A stretch of 64,000 nucleotides of DNA from Dicyema japonicum. Its lineage: Eukaryota > Animalia > Dicyemida. Below, piece by piece: positions 1 through 13,439 of this stretch. The notes under the pieces were generated by a model. It was not told where the DNA came from. It worked only from the letters and a program-made list of their open reading frames with translations, and ran no database searches. The first letter of the stretch is position 1; every line of letters starts with the position of its first letter. Made by a program: the position numbers and the translations under genes. The stretch covers positions 17,314 through 81,313 of the forward strand of contig RDEW01000106.1 of the NCBI GenBank assembly GCA_011109175.1. The letters are read 5' to 3'.

Positions 1-321
1 ACAGCCACTCGATCATATCCGCTGGACTTTAGAACGATTTTATTGTTATAAATAAATATGTCTTTAAAAATAAATAAATAAATAAAAAAAAATAATTTTC
101 TTTATCAAAGCATCTAACTATACTGCAGCTTTGTGCTGTATTGAGTTTAGAGAAATTTTAATAAAAATAATGTTAAAAAGTACATAATTATTTTTTAAAA
201 TAAATAAAAAAATTATTTGGTGGATTTATAAATTTTACGATTGTTCTATTATTCATATTTAGATGCCGATTGTTCTATTAAATTGGTTTTTACATTATCT
301 TATAAGTTCTAGCGTGGCGTT

Positions 322-2200
322 ATGTGGTCCACCAATTCAAAAAATTCAAAAGGATTTGGCAACGCCCAGAGGGCTTCTAATGCCTTCCCAAAAAGGACCA
401 TTAGACCCTTTCCTCCTGGGGTCATCATCGACCCCCGGCGATGTGGTTCAAAAAAGTCCAAACATTCCCGGAGAAAGCCCTCAGCCCACTGTGGAGAAAG
501 GAAATTTACTGCTCTCCAATTGAACATCAACGGAATTAAAGGCAAGGTCAGGGAACTCCGTTCAATCCTGTCAAATATCGACGTGGCTATGATCCAAGAA
601 ACTAAACTCCGCATGAATGATCCCAATCCTTCATTCCCTGCATACGAGGCTATCAGGATGGACCGTAAAAAGAGAAGAGGGGGTGGACTACTTACTCAAT
701 TCAAAAAGAACCTGAAATGCAAAGACATTAGTTCGGAAGTGAGGAAACTTGTTGGAAATGGCGAGGTTACTGAGGCAATTGGAATCTCGCTTGGGACAAC
801 AAAAGGAACTCTGTGCTCGTGCTATCTACGAAGTGATCATCAAATGTGGAGATGTAAACTCAAAGCACCCCTTATGGTTGTCAACCCAACAGGCCGACAC
901 GAGAGGGAAGCTATTGTTATTGAAAACGGACTCCTAACGATACTGAATGACCCAGCGAAAAATACAAGGACCCCACTCAGAGAGACGAATCAGCTTACCT
1001 CTCCCGACGTAGCAATCTGCTCCACATCACTTTCATCGAAAATTACCTGGTCAGTCTTCTACGAAACAAGTAGCGATCATAACCCGATTGTGATGAAGAT
1101 CACGAGAGAAGCCAAAGTTAGGAGAACATCTACTAGCTATAACTACAAAGCTGCTAATTGGGAATTGTATCGCACAATCTCGGATGATAGACTGAAGAAT
1201 TGTTACTTGGACAGCTTCAAATCGCTAAAAAAGCGATCAAATACTTTACTTGCACAATCCTAGAATCGAGATAATTGGCAATTCCCAAGCATCGTCTACA
1301 TTCCTCTAATGGTCGAGGGAAGTCGGCATTGATTAAAAAAAGAAATCACCTCAAAAAATCTAATTGGATCACATTAGAAACGAAACTCCGGATCAGAGCT
1401 CTAAACGACGAAATAAAGGCCAGACAGTTCAAGGCCCAGAAATTGAAGTGGAATCGGATTCTTACATAGGTAAATCGTAACCGTAGTACCGGAGAAGTGT
1501 GGAAAGCCATTCGAAACGTTGCAAATGGCGAAGAAACTTGATGACTATACGAGACCTTAACAAATTGATAAAATTCTACACAAAACTTCGTAAAAAACAC
1601 AGGAAGTCGGCAGTGCTTCTCTCTTCACGACGAAAACTGAAGAAGGATTCTAGCCCAGTATATTTCTCGGATGAAGACGTGAAGAATGCGCTGTGTTTTA
1701 CAAGAACAACGTACTCTTCCGGTCTCGACAACATTCCAGTAGTGTTATTGAAGAATCTTGGAGATTTGGGAGTCGGTTTTATAACGTCGATTTTCAACTA
1801 TTCAATTAATTGGGATGTAATACCGTTGTTATGGAACCAAGCCAACATCCGACCTACACTGAAACATGGAAAACCTAAGGAAGGTCCGGCATCATTTAGA
1901 CCTGTGTTAACCTGGACCGACTCAACGCCTGGGTAATGAAGAACCGACTCGCGGTAAATTCCAGAAAGTCGGTCACGTCTATGTTTACTTCGGACAAAAG
2001 GTTGGGGAAGAAGACTGGCACCTTAAAATTGGACAACGTTGAAATCCCCTTCAGCAAATGTCAGAAGATCCTGGGCCTAACACTGGATACGCACTTATGT
2101 TTGTCACCACACGTGGAAAGCATTGTTCTGAAGTGCGAGAAGAAAATCAATGTATTGAAATGTTTATCAGGAATATGGAAAACTTCAGAGTCACGGAACG
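322..2200 (+). mobile_element. Decayed APE-endonuclease/RT non-LTR retrotransposon (Jockey/I-like LINE), internally deleted
   Basis: APE motifs QLNING..IQETKL..SDH and NYKAANW in ORF 322-1263; RT motif W.QANIRP..K.GK...SFRPV at ~1830-1910; then a jump to the late RT region (KILGLTLD); stops and frameshifts between ORFs. Confidence 0.85.
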
Positions 2201-2204
2201 GTGG

Positions 2205-2465
2205 AGTTGTGGGAGACACAGAACAGGGCCGACTTTCTGGAGGCCCTCATAAAACCACCCACAGTCGTCGAAAATTTCTGGACGACGTACTCCCAACTCG
2301 TACCGTCAGTTCTGTGTTCGACAATAAAACTTCTATCATCCTGACAGAATCCTTATTAAGGAATCCCCGCAAAACATCAATAAGCTTTCCTCGGCGATTT
2401 GTGTCAAAAGCTCTTGAGATGTCGATCACCAAAATTGTAGTCGCACTCTCAAATCTTTGGTAACT
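2205..2465 (-). mobile_element. RTE-like reverse transcriptase fragment
   Basis: ORF 2247-2432: IDISRAFDT...IEVLLSNTELTVRVG; related to the fragment at 51676-51984. Confidence 0.6.
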
Positions 2466-4115
2466 GGCACAACGCCACCTATGCTCTAATAATAATAATA
2501 TTTTTTAAGCAAAAATATCCAAAAAATTAAAAAACTAAAGTATTCATTTTATAAAAGACAATTAAAAATTTAGACTAAATTCAGAGTAACAGACAATCTT
2601 CTATATTCCTTATCTCTTTTAACATGTGTCTAAAATCTCAGCAGAATCCTTTCAGTTATTGTCACGAGATCTTCATTAACTAAATATTTAATTCTTCACA
2701 ATTGTTTGGTGAATTCCGGCTTACATAACATTTCCATTTGCTAAGCATGTTCTCAATAGGATTAAAATTTGGTGTTTATGTAAGTAAAAATTTTACTGAG
2801 TGCCCCTCGTTACAAATCAATTATGCTATAAAGTAAACACTCATTAATCCGAAAACTTCAAATAATCCGAATTTTTTTGATGAGTCAGCAAAATTTTAAC
2901 AAAGATTATTTGTACACGATTCCATTCTCAGTCGCATTTTTTTGTTTAATTGACAATAGTTTTATTTAGTGATCGAAAACTCCTTTAAATCCTGCCGGCC
3001 TGTTTTCCCTAAGAATGTCGAAACTTGCCTTTATTCCCTCAACAGTAGCATTCCAAATCATTCGCTGGGGGATTTTCCATATTTATGTTCACAATCTCTT
3101 TCTTAATTGCCATACAATATTCTTCACACGTTTTCTCACATAAGCATAATTTTTCCACAATAAAACGATCCAGATAAGCTCTCTTCTCTATATCTCCATA
3201 TATTCCGAAATATCTTTTCATTCTGAAACGTCCAACAAGCAGTTTATGATCACTATGAGTGTTGGCGCCTTCATAGCTGTGGGAATTTTTTTAATAACGT
3301 ACAAAGAGATCTTTTGCTTAATATATAGTCTATCTGGTTGTATATGGGGTAATCTCCAGTTCCATCTTTCTGAGTCCAGTCCATGTAGTTTTATGTCTCG
3401 CATTATGATCGAATGACAAATAAAGTAATCAAACACGTTACAAAATTGTACAAGCGACTCTCTTGACATATTTTTTCTCATAAACGAGGCTTTAAGATCA
3501 GAGATGGTATCTACATGCGAAACAGTTCATTCGTAAAAAACCCTTGCCTTTGTGGGCGCGTAAACAATAATTACGGATCTAAAGGAATTATCTGTCCTCC
3601 CACTCTTAATCTGAAATACTGCTATTCTGTCATTGACCCTCCACCTCTGTGAATTCTTTCATCAAGACATTGATGTATAGCAAAGCCAAGTCCGTAGTGG
3701 TTGCATTCGCAGTCTAGTAGTATAAGTCTAAACTCTCCGTAATTCTCCTCAACTGCAATATCAAATTTGTACAAGATCAATTCCCTAACATCCAAATTGG
3801 TACGTCTAACGAATCTACCTGCCGATCTTTTCCCAATGCTTGACCACGCCTCAATTGAAAACAACGGTTCCGGTTTCATCGGTCTTTATGGCCACGAAAC
3901 AAGTCGTTTCTTCCATTAAAGACTAGAAGCCTCAAATCCACGTAAAATGGAAAAAAAACCCTCTTCAAAATCTAATGAAAGGTGATCGTCGTTGGTACAA
4001 GAAAGCCGTGGGTACTCTGGAGGAACATAAAAAACCTCTCGATCCTTTTGAGTTGTACCGGGATCACTTAATTAGTTGGTTTACTCTTTCTTTCTTGGTG
4101 GTCCCTTTTCGGGGT

Positions 4116-4527
4116 TATAAAAATAAGAGCGGCTGCTGACATTACGGAGTAAGCGTTTCTGCGGACAAATGCAACCCCAATTTGTTGCCTCAGCCAGACC
4201 GCTTCCCGCACGTCTTTCTTACGATGGGCCAATTTCCCCCCGATTTCCTTCAGTAAAGAGGCTGTGATACTTCTCGCAGCACCAGACGTTTCGATTGCCA
4301 TCGGTACAAAACGAAAGCGATCTCCAATTTCGCCATATTTTTTTATCTTGATTTTCTCGGCCAAATCGGCTGCCGATCCAGCAGACTGCGCCAAGTTGAG
4401 CATTATCGAGTTCGAGAAGGAATCTACAACAGTGCAGTCCCATACGAGTGATTTTCCCTCAGTGAACGGAAAGATAGTTAACTTATCCGGTCTTTTCCTG
4501 TTTCCGCGGTCCAATCCCACGGCTGTC
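4116..4527 (-). mobile_element. CRE-clade non-LTR retrotransposon 3' end (restriction-like endonuclease domain), 5'-truncated
   Basis: GLDRGNRKRPD..IFPF..GKSLVWDCT...AE..K..KY...RF.P.A.ETSG (PD-(D/E)xK RLE); about 85-90% similar by eye to 19085-19335. Confidence 0.85.
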
Positions 4528-5136
4528 ACGCTGTTTACCACTACAAAAGACAGCTCTGTATCGAACCAAAAATTTTTATGAAGAACGAAGTGATTTCTAT
4601 TAACAAAACACCGACGATTCTGGGAGTTACCTTTGATCAGGGACTCACATTTATCCGACATGTTGAAAACAAAGTGACTGGTCTGAAGAAAATGAGAATT
4701 TTAAAAGTGCTCTCAAAAACACTTAGAGACCAAACTGGTTGCCTTGCCACGATTTATGAACAATTTATACGACCAACGATGACGTATGCAAGTCCTTCAT
4801 GGGCAATGCAGATCTCACGATCTTCCTCATTGAAACTATCCGCAATCGAGGAGACTGCAATAAGGTTAATTGGACCATAACACAAAATCCAGCCCATTGA
4901 AAGTTTCTTAATCGAATTACAACGGAAACTCTTAAAGTAGGCTATTTTACCGAGCTGCCCTCTATTCCATCTACAATCACACTGATATTCTGATCCGATG
5001 CCCAATGAGAAAAACTGTTCAGGATTCTCGACCACGCCGGATTCGTCCTCTCCTTTGTCGGCCTGGGATCACTTAGTTAGATGAGAACTTTTATTTCTTT
5101 TTCTTTGACTTAGTGATCCTGAAGGTAATAATAATA
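4522..5136 (+). mobile_element. APE-type LINE 3' end with (TAA)n tail
   Basis: ILGVTFDQGLTF..H, IYEQFIRPTMTYASPSW; 3' UTR motif gggatcact..agtgatcc then taataataataat. Confidence 0.8.
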
Positions 5137-5402
5137 ATGATATCTTGTACAACCAACGATGAGTTATATAGAATTACTCAAACAACAAAGATTGAGAATT
5201 AAGTTATTTCTGCGAAATGGCAGCTCTTTGGACATATCCTAAGAACTTCGAAATTGGCCCCGGCCAATCAGACATAGAATCATATTTTTCTGTATTAAAC
5301 AAAACAACGTATCGAGGTTGACAAAGAAAAACTTTTCCGTCGACGCTCAACAAAGAACTCATTTTGATAGGAAGAAAACTGAAAACAGGAAAGGATCTAG
5401 AT

Positions 5403-5612
5403 CAGTGGTTTTCAACGCGGTTCCTGAGATTTTTTTGCGGCCCCGACAAATTTATTATCAGACTAAAAAATATTATTATTAATAATAATTTTAATAATAG
5501 TTTTAACTTTTGCTTCCGTTTTATATTAATTAAATTTAACAAAAATTGGCGGCCTTACAAATAAAATAATTTATTGATTTGGCCCCTGGGTCAAAATTCT
5601 TGAGAACCAATG
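5403..5612. mobile_element. hAT (Buster-type) MITE
   Basis: TIRs cagtggttttcaa / ttgagaaccaatg; degenerate 8-bp TSD atctagat/atttggat fitting nnnTAnnn. Confidence 0.75.
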
Positions 5613-5809
5613 ATTTGGATGATCTGAGGGCGGATGAGTGAAACAGGGGAGGATGGAAACGACTCACAGCGCGAATCCAGAAATGCATGAAAAAAGTGGA
5701 ATCTCAAATTTGTTAACTTTTCTGGTTCAACGGACATTGCTAAATAACAATAATAATATTCGGTTACCATGGAAACACGCAAAAGAATTTGCAAAGATTT
5801 GAGCAGACA

Positions 5810-5915
5810 CTACCATTAGTACGGATAAGGATGTAACGAGCAATCAACCAGACATTTTCGTTCACTACAAGAAGAGGAATAGAATCACGCTTATCGAGGT
5901 TAGGATCATTTAACA
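5810..5915 (+). mobile_element. RLE-type (R2/R4/NeSL-like) retroelement fragment
   Basis: Translates as SNQPDIFVHYKKRNRITLIEV, an RLE PD..IE motif; same superfamily as 59902-60417. Confidence 0.5.
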
Positions 5916-5977
5916 AAGTTGATCAACGTAGATTGTTTCATTACATAGTCAAGTTAAAGTAAACAACTAATTAAGTA

Positions 5978-7914
5978 AAGTCTAACTCTTTTTGGAACGG
6001 ACCTCAAGGGTGGAACACCTCTGTTTTTGATACACCCTCAGGATTTGGAACACTTTGTAAATTTTATTAGAAAATTAATAAAATCCTTACAAAAAGACCT
6101 CGTTTTGGAACAGGTATAATTATTTTAATTTAAAATTAAATTTTACAGTTTCTATATTTTACTATAATTAATTTTTAAATCACGTGCATATTTTTGTTCA
6201 TTTTTTTGCTTGTCTTAAAGTTATCTACACCTTTTATGGGCTTAAACTACGACAAAAAAGTTGAAATTGCTAAACTTCTTTCAAAAAAGGAACATTCAAT
6301 TTGAAAACTCACGAGAATGTTTGACACAAGTATCGGAACAATCTCTAGAATTAAGAGAAACATTGTTCCATTTACAAAAAGTGGACAGATTTATTCAAAT
6401 GCAGAGACTTCAGAGTCAGTCACTAGTGAATAGCATAAACTTTTGGATTCAAAAGTGTTGGATGTATTTCAACACCTAAGAAAACAAAACGTTCCAAAAA
6501 TTTTTTATTCAAAGCAATGAAGAATTATTTGGTTTCAAGCAGAGCAAAGAAAAAGTAACTGTCTTGCTCTGCTGCAGCCATACAGGAGAAAAATTAGACC
6601 CTTTGATCATTGGAAAGTTTCGTAATCCAAGGTGCTTCAAGAATTTCCTCCCGTCAAGCCACAATGTTGTCTATTCTTCATCCAAAAATGCATGGATGAC
6701 AAAAGATGTGTTTAGATGTTGGCTTCATAGAATTAATAAACATTTTTTTATCACAAAATCGGTAAATTATTCTGTTATTGGACAATGGCATAGTGGTTAG
6801 GTGTCGGGCTAAAGTGACTTAGGTTATTATTAATTGTTAGGAAAAAGTGTTTAGCGAACACCAATCCGAGGATCTTAATGGTCATTTCATCAATGAATAA
6901 ATTGAAAAAGCTATCGAATATGTTTTAAAAGAAAATGACCCTGAGTCAGAGCAAAATTTTTATAATGAAATTGAGGCTGGAACAGCCATTGATAACATAA
7001 ATAAAATTGAGGAAAACATTTTAAAAATGTTGCGGATTGTCTTTTTTTATTTAACCCAAGACCACGGTAAAACAAAACTAATTATCACGTGATCCCGATG
7101 CATTCTAGCAGAGACCTCATCTTTGCCCGGTGTTCTTCCTTCGTGCCCGCGCATGAACGTACAGGCTGCCTGAATTTTCAGGGCCACCTTCCCGTGATCT
7201 GGAGTCTAGTCTCATAAGAGCCTCCAGAGGCGTAGGTTCGGGTCGATGATCTTCACAAATCCAACGCTCCGTTACTCTGTAAGCCCTCTTTTGCATTTCC
7301 TCATTTTTGTCCAAGATATGGACGGACCCCACGAGGCGCATGTATATGAGAAACATGGCTCGATGTATTGTTTGTATTCGTTCATCAAGACTGGGTGAGT
7401 ACCACTCTTCCATATTCCCGATAAACTTTTCAATACGTTCAGTTTTCTCGCATTTCAATAGAATGTTTTCTACGTGAGGTGTTAAACAGAGATGCATATC
7501 AATTGTTACACCCAAGATCCTTTGACATCTGTGGAAAGGGATACCGACGTTGTTTAACTTCAAGGTGACTGTCTTCCTTCCCAATCTTTTGTCCGAGGTA
7601 AATAGTGACGTGGACGACTTTTCTGCATTCACCACGAGCCGGTTTTCCATTATCCAGGCATTAAGCCTGTTCAGGTAAATTTGTATAATTTAAAAAAAAT
7701 ATTCATGCGCAATTTAAAATTTAAATATGGTTATGGACAAAAAATTACTGATTACTTTAAACAATGTTAGTTTTCGTTAAATTCTAGGGTTTTAATCAAC
7801 GAAGTATAGTTGTGCACTCAATAATAAATTTTTGTACGATTTTACGAGTAACTTCTATTTTTGGAACAACCATTGTTTTTGAAACAATTGGTGTTCCAAA
7901 TGGAGGCTAGACTG
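5978..7914 (+). mobile_element. pogo/Tigger (CENP-B family) DNA transposon remnant with nested insertions
   Basis: DDE_1 segment VTVLLCC..TGEKLDPLIIGK..NPRCFK..AWMT..F..WL (6540-6750); imperfect TIRs aagtctaactctttttggaac / gttccaaatggaggctagactg flanked by TA. Confidence 0.8.
7050..7680 (-). mobile_element. APE-type LINE 3' fragment nested in the Tigger remnant
   Basis: ORF 7117-7650 matches 1936-2200 (NRL.VN..KS..LFTSDKRLG..ILGVT.D.HLC..PHVE); shares its 3' UTR with 9390-9500 and 19465-19530. Confidence 0.85.
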
Positions 7915-8170
7915 TATATCCAGTTTCCACTTTTACAGAAACAGAGTCCATCCGGAATCTGCATAAAGCGTAAAAGACGTCCATACCTGCTGTTGTGGAA
8001 ACCCCTCCAGTGGAGTAGAGGAGAGAAAATTATCCTTTTCTTACCGGCCTGAGCGGCACCTATACAGGTAGATCACATGACGCCTGTCTTATAAGAAAGG
8101 AAAGGGGAGGAACAAGCAAAACAGTCAGAAACTTTGAACCAATTAGCACCACATGGCCCATGCAACGAAG
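7913..8170. repeat. Unclassified dispersed repeat (family X), copy 1
   Basis: tatccagtttccacttttacag...gtggaaacccctccagtggagt...gatcacatgacgc recurs at 41507-41775 and partially at 30495-30640. Confidence 0.75.
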
Positions 8171-8226
8171 GACAAGATATAACTTATAAATAAGACAAAC
8201 TATTAAATATATTTTAATATCAAAAA

Positions 8227-9275
8227 TCACCGTGTTTTGGTAAATTTAATATAATCTTCCTCAGAAAGTCCGACTTTCTCACAAAACAAAGGAATCCTTT
8301 TCTCAGAAAAAGTACTCAATGGAATGAATCCTGGGAGACGGGGACAGTATTTGTTCATTCCAAATGTCTTCAACAACTCATGTCTCTCGTTCAGGAAGGT
8401 CAGGGATCGTCTAAGGACGTTTGGGTAAGACAAGATGTGTTCTGTGGGGACTTTCATCACATCAACCACAAATTTGGCCCTCTCATGCAGAAAGTCGGGG
8501 TCTACAAATAAGAGGACAATAAACTTGTGAAATATATACGAGGACATTTCTCCATAATCATCACTCGGTCATCCAAATTGGGAAACCCGACTGTTAGGGC
8601 AAGTCTGTCATTGACTAGTCGGAAGAAATGAGGTTTGTATGACAAGATTCCTCGGTGACTTTAATATCAGGGACCTCATTTGGAAGGCTGAGGTAAAGTA
8701 TAAAGAGATACAGTTCAGATTGAGCGTCGAACTCACAGTTGATAGAATTTTCTTGATATCGGGGATTTCGAGAATGAACAGAGGGGGATATTTGCTAGCC
8801 ATCAATCCAAAGTCATATTTGGTCACTTTAAGAGTCTCAATCAAAAAATCCTGTTGGAAACCAAGATCCTCGATATTCTTGGACAAAATTAGAGGAGTTC
8901 GGTTAATCAAATCAGTCAAATCTGGTCCCTCAATGTTAAGACCTTTGAAGAAGTCAATATAAGGGACAAAGTCACGGTCATAGTTGAACAAGACGATTTT
9001 ATCTGCGTAACGAAATAATAGAAACCAGCCACATGCTTGTATTTGTCAAAAAGGAAGATGTCTATTTTGTGAAGTTTTACCAGATTCTGAAGAAATGCGG
9101 ACTTATCGAAATAAGTCGATAAAGTAAATGAAGGGTTAGGTGCTAACTTGCTGACTTGTGGTATAAAGAAAGGACGGGAGAGAAGGGAGACTATTTGTTG
9201 GGAGGAGTTTTCAAGGTAGTTGACATTTGATAGACCGGTAGTGAGTCTTCGGTATAATAATCCACCACAAAACAT
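8227..9275 (-). CDS. MTERF3: Mitochondrial transcription termination factor 3, ~317 aa, 4 introns (23, 24, 25, 23 nt)
   Basis: Spliced model is in frame (introns include 9003-9025 and 8688-8711); STYFDKSAFLQNLVKL and C-terminal ERHELLKTFG..KYCP..PGFIPL..FCEKV...DYIKFTKT match MTERF3; N-terminus resembles a presequence. Confidence 0.9.
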
Positions 9276-9389
9276 TCAAATCAAAGAAATGATGTATATT
9301 TTAAAATTTATAATTTTAAGAAATATATTTTTTACTCATAAGTAATTTGTTAGTTCAAAGGCATTTTTGGTTGGTGACGTGGTTCCTGG

Positions 9390-9840
9390 CAAGTATTTAT
9401 TTAAACAACCCAAGACCACGGTCAAAAATCAAAACTAACTATCACACGATCTTGATATGTTCGAATAAAGTCCTCATCTTTGCCCGATGTTCCTCTTTCG
9501 ATCTCACACATGTATGTATCGGGCGGCTGTTTGTAGAGGTGCCTTGAGTCATCCCGGAATCTAGCCGCATGAGGACTTCTAGAGGAGTCGGTCCAGATCC
9601 ATGTTCCCCCCCCACGAGTCCATCGCTTCGTAAATTTGAACGCTCTCCTCTTCATTTCCTCCACTTTTCTTTTATTTGTATTTGGATGGAGGATCCCCAG
9701 AAACGCATGCATATGAGATACATGGCTCGATGTACTGCTTGTAAGTTTTCAGGTATAAATTTGTCTTATCAACCCGGACAGTATCAACAGCCCGGACGCT
9801 ATCACATACGACAATAATTAACCCATTATCACATTGAGGA
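9390..9840 (-). mobile_element. APE-type LINE 3' fragment
   Basis: Same 3' region and UTR family as 7050-7680 (gatcgtgtgatagttagttttgatttttgaccgtggtcttggg). Confidence 0.75.
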
Positions 9841-12341
9841 GTTAGTAGCTAGCGAATAAGTGGAAGACAGCAAATGACTCCTTTATGATGCCGTCCTACA
9901 CTGGGCACTTCCTGAGACGGATAAATCAAAGATACTACGCCAATGGAAAGAATGAAGACACGGAGCTGATCAAAGGGTGAGAAACCCTGCTACTAAACAG
10001 GGAACCCAAGGACAATTGTCATTTGTGTGATATCCAACCGCTACTAGTAATTTCCTGATAAATCAGTTTATCATATAATTCTTCATATAATAGAGGGCAA
10101 TTATAATTCCAATAAAATGGTTGTTTTGCTGTGTTAACACATTCAGGTAAAATATCCAAAAAAAATAAATAAAAAAAAAATAAATATCCAATATATTATA
10201 AAAATAATCTATTGGAAGGTAATAAGGCGGACTCCTGTTTCCGATATGGAGTCTATTTTGGGTCCACAGGGCTCATACGAAGAGACGATTTAAATCAAAG
10301 CAAATTAATTCGCACACTTGGATCGCCCACCTAGAAAAAACTATAACATTCTTGAAGAGAATTTTCAGTTCTGGAATTTCAACTGTCTTTTAGTATCCAC
10401 CCCTCTTCTTAACATATTTCTTAATTTCTGACTTTAAAATATCTCAACCTTAATCAAGATTTTGAATTTATACAATTCGTATTTTTAAAATCAGATTTTT
10501 TGTAAGCTGCTTTTTAAAAATTTTATGAATTCTTGAAATTTTTTGGTGACCCAAATTTTTTGAAAACCATCTACAAGAAGATGATGTAAAATGAAAGAAA
10601 GCTGAATGTATTTTTTTATGACAGTAAATGAGCTTTATGAGGAATTTTTATCGGTTCTTCCTCTAACTCGCTTTATTTCTCACTACAGCGGCCTATCTCA
10701 AGCCAAATTCTCAGCTACCTTACGGATCGCACGCTGCACTCTCTTGGAGGCTCAATATTTTTGGACACGTCTGAACCTTTGAACGCCAAAAATCTTTGAG
10801 AAACAGTTTTTACTATCAAATTGATCAAACTCAAATTTGACCAACATCAACATGGATGTATTGGCCCCAAATCGATAAATAAGGCTCTTTTCGCGGCTTT
10901 TCTCTGGACATTTATAAACAATTACTAAACACACATAGGAATCCTCTCCTGTCACATGAGCAAAGAACTTCACATCCAATTCTTCCACAAGACGATCAAC
11001 GAACTAATAGCAAGAGGCTCGAGGCTACAAAGACTAAAACGTTGCAAAAAGAAAATTATTAAATTCTCTGCTCTTAATTCGTTTCCACCTTGGTTGAAAC
11101 ATCATCGGGACAAAGTTCCCCGCCCTCCACTGTATTATCAGATCGTCGATACTCAGAAAGTGGAGGTACATCGGAGAAAAAGATGGTTGATAGAACTCAT
11201 TCAAATACGAGTTATAAGAGAAAACGTACCTCTCCAACCAACTACTTTGGAGTCAAAAATTTCACTAACCAGAGATCACTTCTTCATGCTCAACCTACAA
11301 TTTCTTGATAAATGTAAAATACCGAGCCATCTTCCAACAGCCTATAACACTTAACAAATACCAAGAATTGGCTTTCTACTAATTCCATCAATAGCCTTGG
11401 TATCAACTACATTCTGGAGTTACCGCAGAATTGACAGAGGTTCTCTTTTCCGAGAGTTCTCATCAATTTGGCTTGTTTTTTAGTGGTCACTATATAGCTT
11501 TACAGAACAGTCCTTACCCTCTACCTCGTCGACAAAGGACAAGTCACCGTTTCTCTTCCCCGATGCATCATATCCAGTTCTCACCTCTTAAAGCGTCCTC
11601 TTGTACCCAGATTTCCCATCAAAGAGAAAAGAATATTATTTGAAACTCCGGAATCAACGGGAAAGAAAGACAGAACGTTGAATTGTTAGATGATCCCAGT
11701 TCCCACAGAAAGTGCTAATCCAAAGTATGTGGTCTACCATTGTCCCCACTACCGTATGGAAGTGGCTTCTCTCATTCCTGCTGAGGAATCTGAATGGAGA
11801 AGGAAACTTTTGGACAATCGGTTTTCGTTTGCCAAAGGTGAAGAAGGGTAGTATTCTCCAGTAAATGGATATTGTTGACCCTGGGTTCGATTCCCTCACT
11901 TTTTATATGTCTAAGGTTTATCTTCCTTTCTTCCGTTCTTTCTCTTTTGTCTTGTTTCACTAGAATGGCGTTTTGTGACGTACTTTTTCCGGTTCTCCTT
12001 TTCTCTGACTCTGGATGTCTTGTGTGTAATGTTGGAGATCTCAGCAATACCAAATCATAAACAAAAAATTAAACCCATGTAAGGAGAGAAAAGACCCCAC
12101 CTCATTGACAAATCTCGGTATCCAACACTAGAGCAGACGATATCAAACCTATTCCAGTACAAAGCTACCATAGTCCCCACTGCCTTATCCATAACAAAAG
12201 TACATACTTTGAACGCCAAAAGCAAAAGAAACCTACGTGAGCTTTCTTGGAAGACCCAACAAACCCAGCGAAAATGGTTATCCTAGCAGAACTCCGTAAA
12301 AGAACACGAATGATGTCTATGATGAGAGGGAGACAAAACCT

Positions 12342-13376
12342 TTAAATGTTCCTAACCAGAGTGGACCAAAGTTCCATATTTTGACGAGATTTGACAGCAA
12401 AAAAGAAAAAGATTGAAACTGATTGGAGAACAAACATTTCCACCAACATACATTTTTGCGGAGACACGTGGTATGTTAAAGGCATCATAGCAGACAAACT
12501 GATGACGTAATTCGGGTTGTAAATTATGAAAAATAGCACCAAATTCTCCAGAAAAATAGGATTTTCAAGAGTGATTTTAGGAAATGTTAACCGCGGAGAT
12601 TTTTTAAGAAACGTAACCCCCAAGTTGGAAAACCAAAGTGAGAGCAAATAAGCTAATATTCGCGACTGAATATAAAAGTTGATAACGGAAAGGATTACGC
12701 AGCAGCAAAACTTTGAAATCAGCCAATATTGGGGTTTCAGCAAAAACAGAGTCTCTACCAAAACAGCACACAACAGATTAAAAATACAAAACTGAACGGA
12801 ATCAGAGGTTTTACAGAGTTGAGAGTCCATAACCGCAATTAATCAAGTTTTTGCTAATTTCAAGAATATTTGGACCATGAACAGTCAATCACCCCAATGA
12901 ATATAAGGACAATAGTAACGCACAAATGCCCCCAAGAAATAAAAAACGTGGCAGAATACCGTGAGAATGAATCCAACAATCCCGATATATATCAGATGGT
13001 ATTCGAATCGGTTCATTCCCCTCAACAATCGCGCTACTAAACCCACGTGGTGTTTGTAAAGTATAGCCGCTGAGAAATTGTTATTAGATTTTTCTAATTG
13101 CGCCAAAATGAACTTTTGGGAGATCAATCGTTTAGATTCCGTTGATATCCCAGAGAGTTTGCGGAGTGAGTTTATGCAGTTTTGTACTCCAATACTGTTC
13201 TCCTGAATATATCGATCTTTGATTTCTGCCAATAAATTTCTAAGAAACATAGACGCCGGGACAGGTGGTTTCGAAGTTGTTGGGGAGAAGATCCTCGATC
13301 GGAAATACAAATTCATAAAAAGAGTCAAAACCCCCAGTAAACGAGACAATGTTGAGGCAAAATCAATTTTTCTCAC
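12342..13376 (-). CDS. Putative multi-pass membrane protein in two tandem ORFs; weak resemblance to GPI transamidase subunit GPAA1
   Basis: Two consecutive 163- and 162-aa ORFs on one strand with several hydrophobic segments; RYIQENSIG, LLRGMNRFE and YWLISK weakly recall GPAA1 motifs; the junction between the ORFs is unresolved. Confidence 0.35.
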
Positions 13377-13439
13377 ACATTCTGGTATTTAGCACAATTT
13401 ACTGATTTTTGAGGTTCAATAAGCTCACATGAGGAGTAT

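Noticed and set aside
3039-3879. Three minus-strand ORFs as one gene
   Set aside because: No consistent tiny-intron model and no motif I can name; probably decayed transposase sequence
8639-8962. Plus-strand ORFs opposite real genes (also 23316-23534, 39632-39826, 48327-48563, 48879-49187, 55671-55919, and minus-strand 57209-57514)
   Set aside because: Antisense shadows of MTERF3, hyccin, the orphan, USPL1, MSL3-like and MPRIP-like exons; no recognisable motifs
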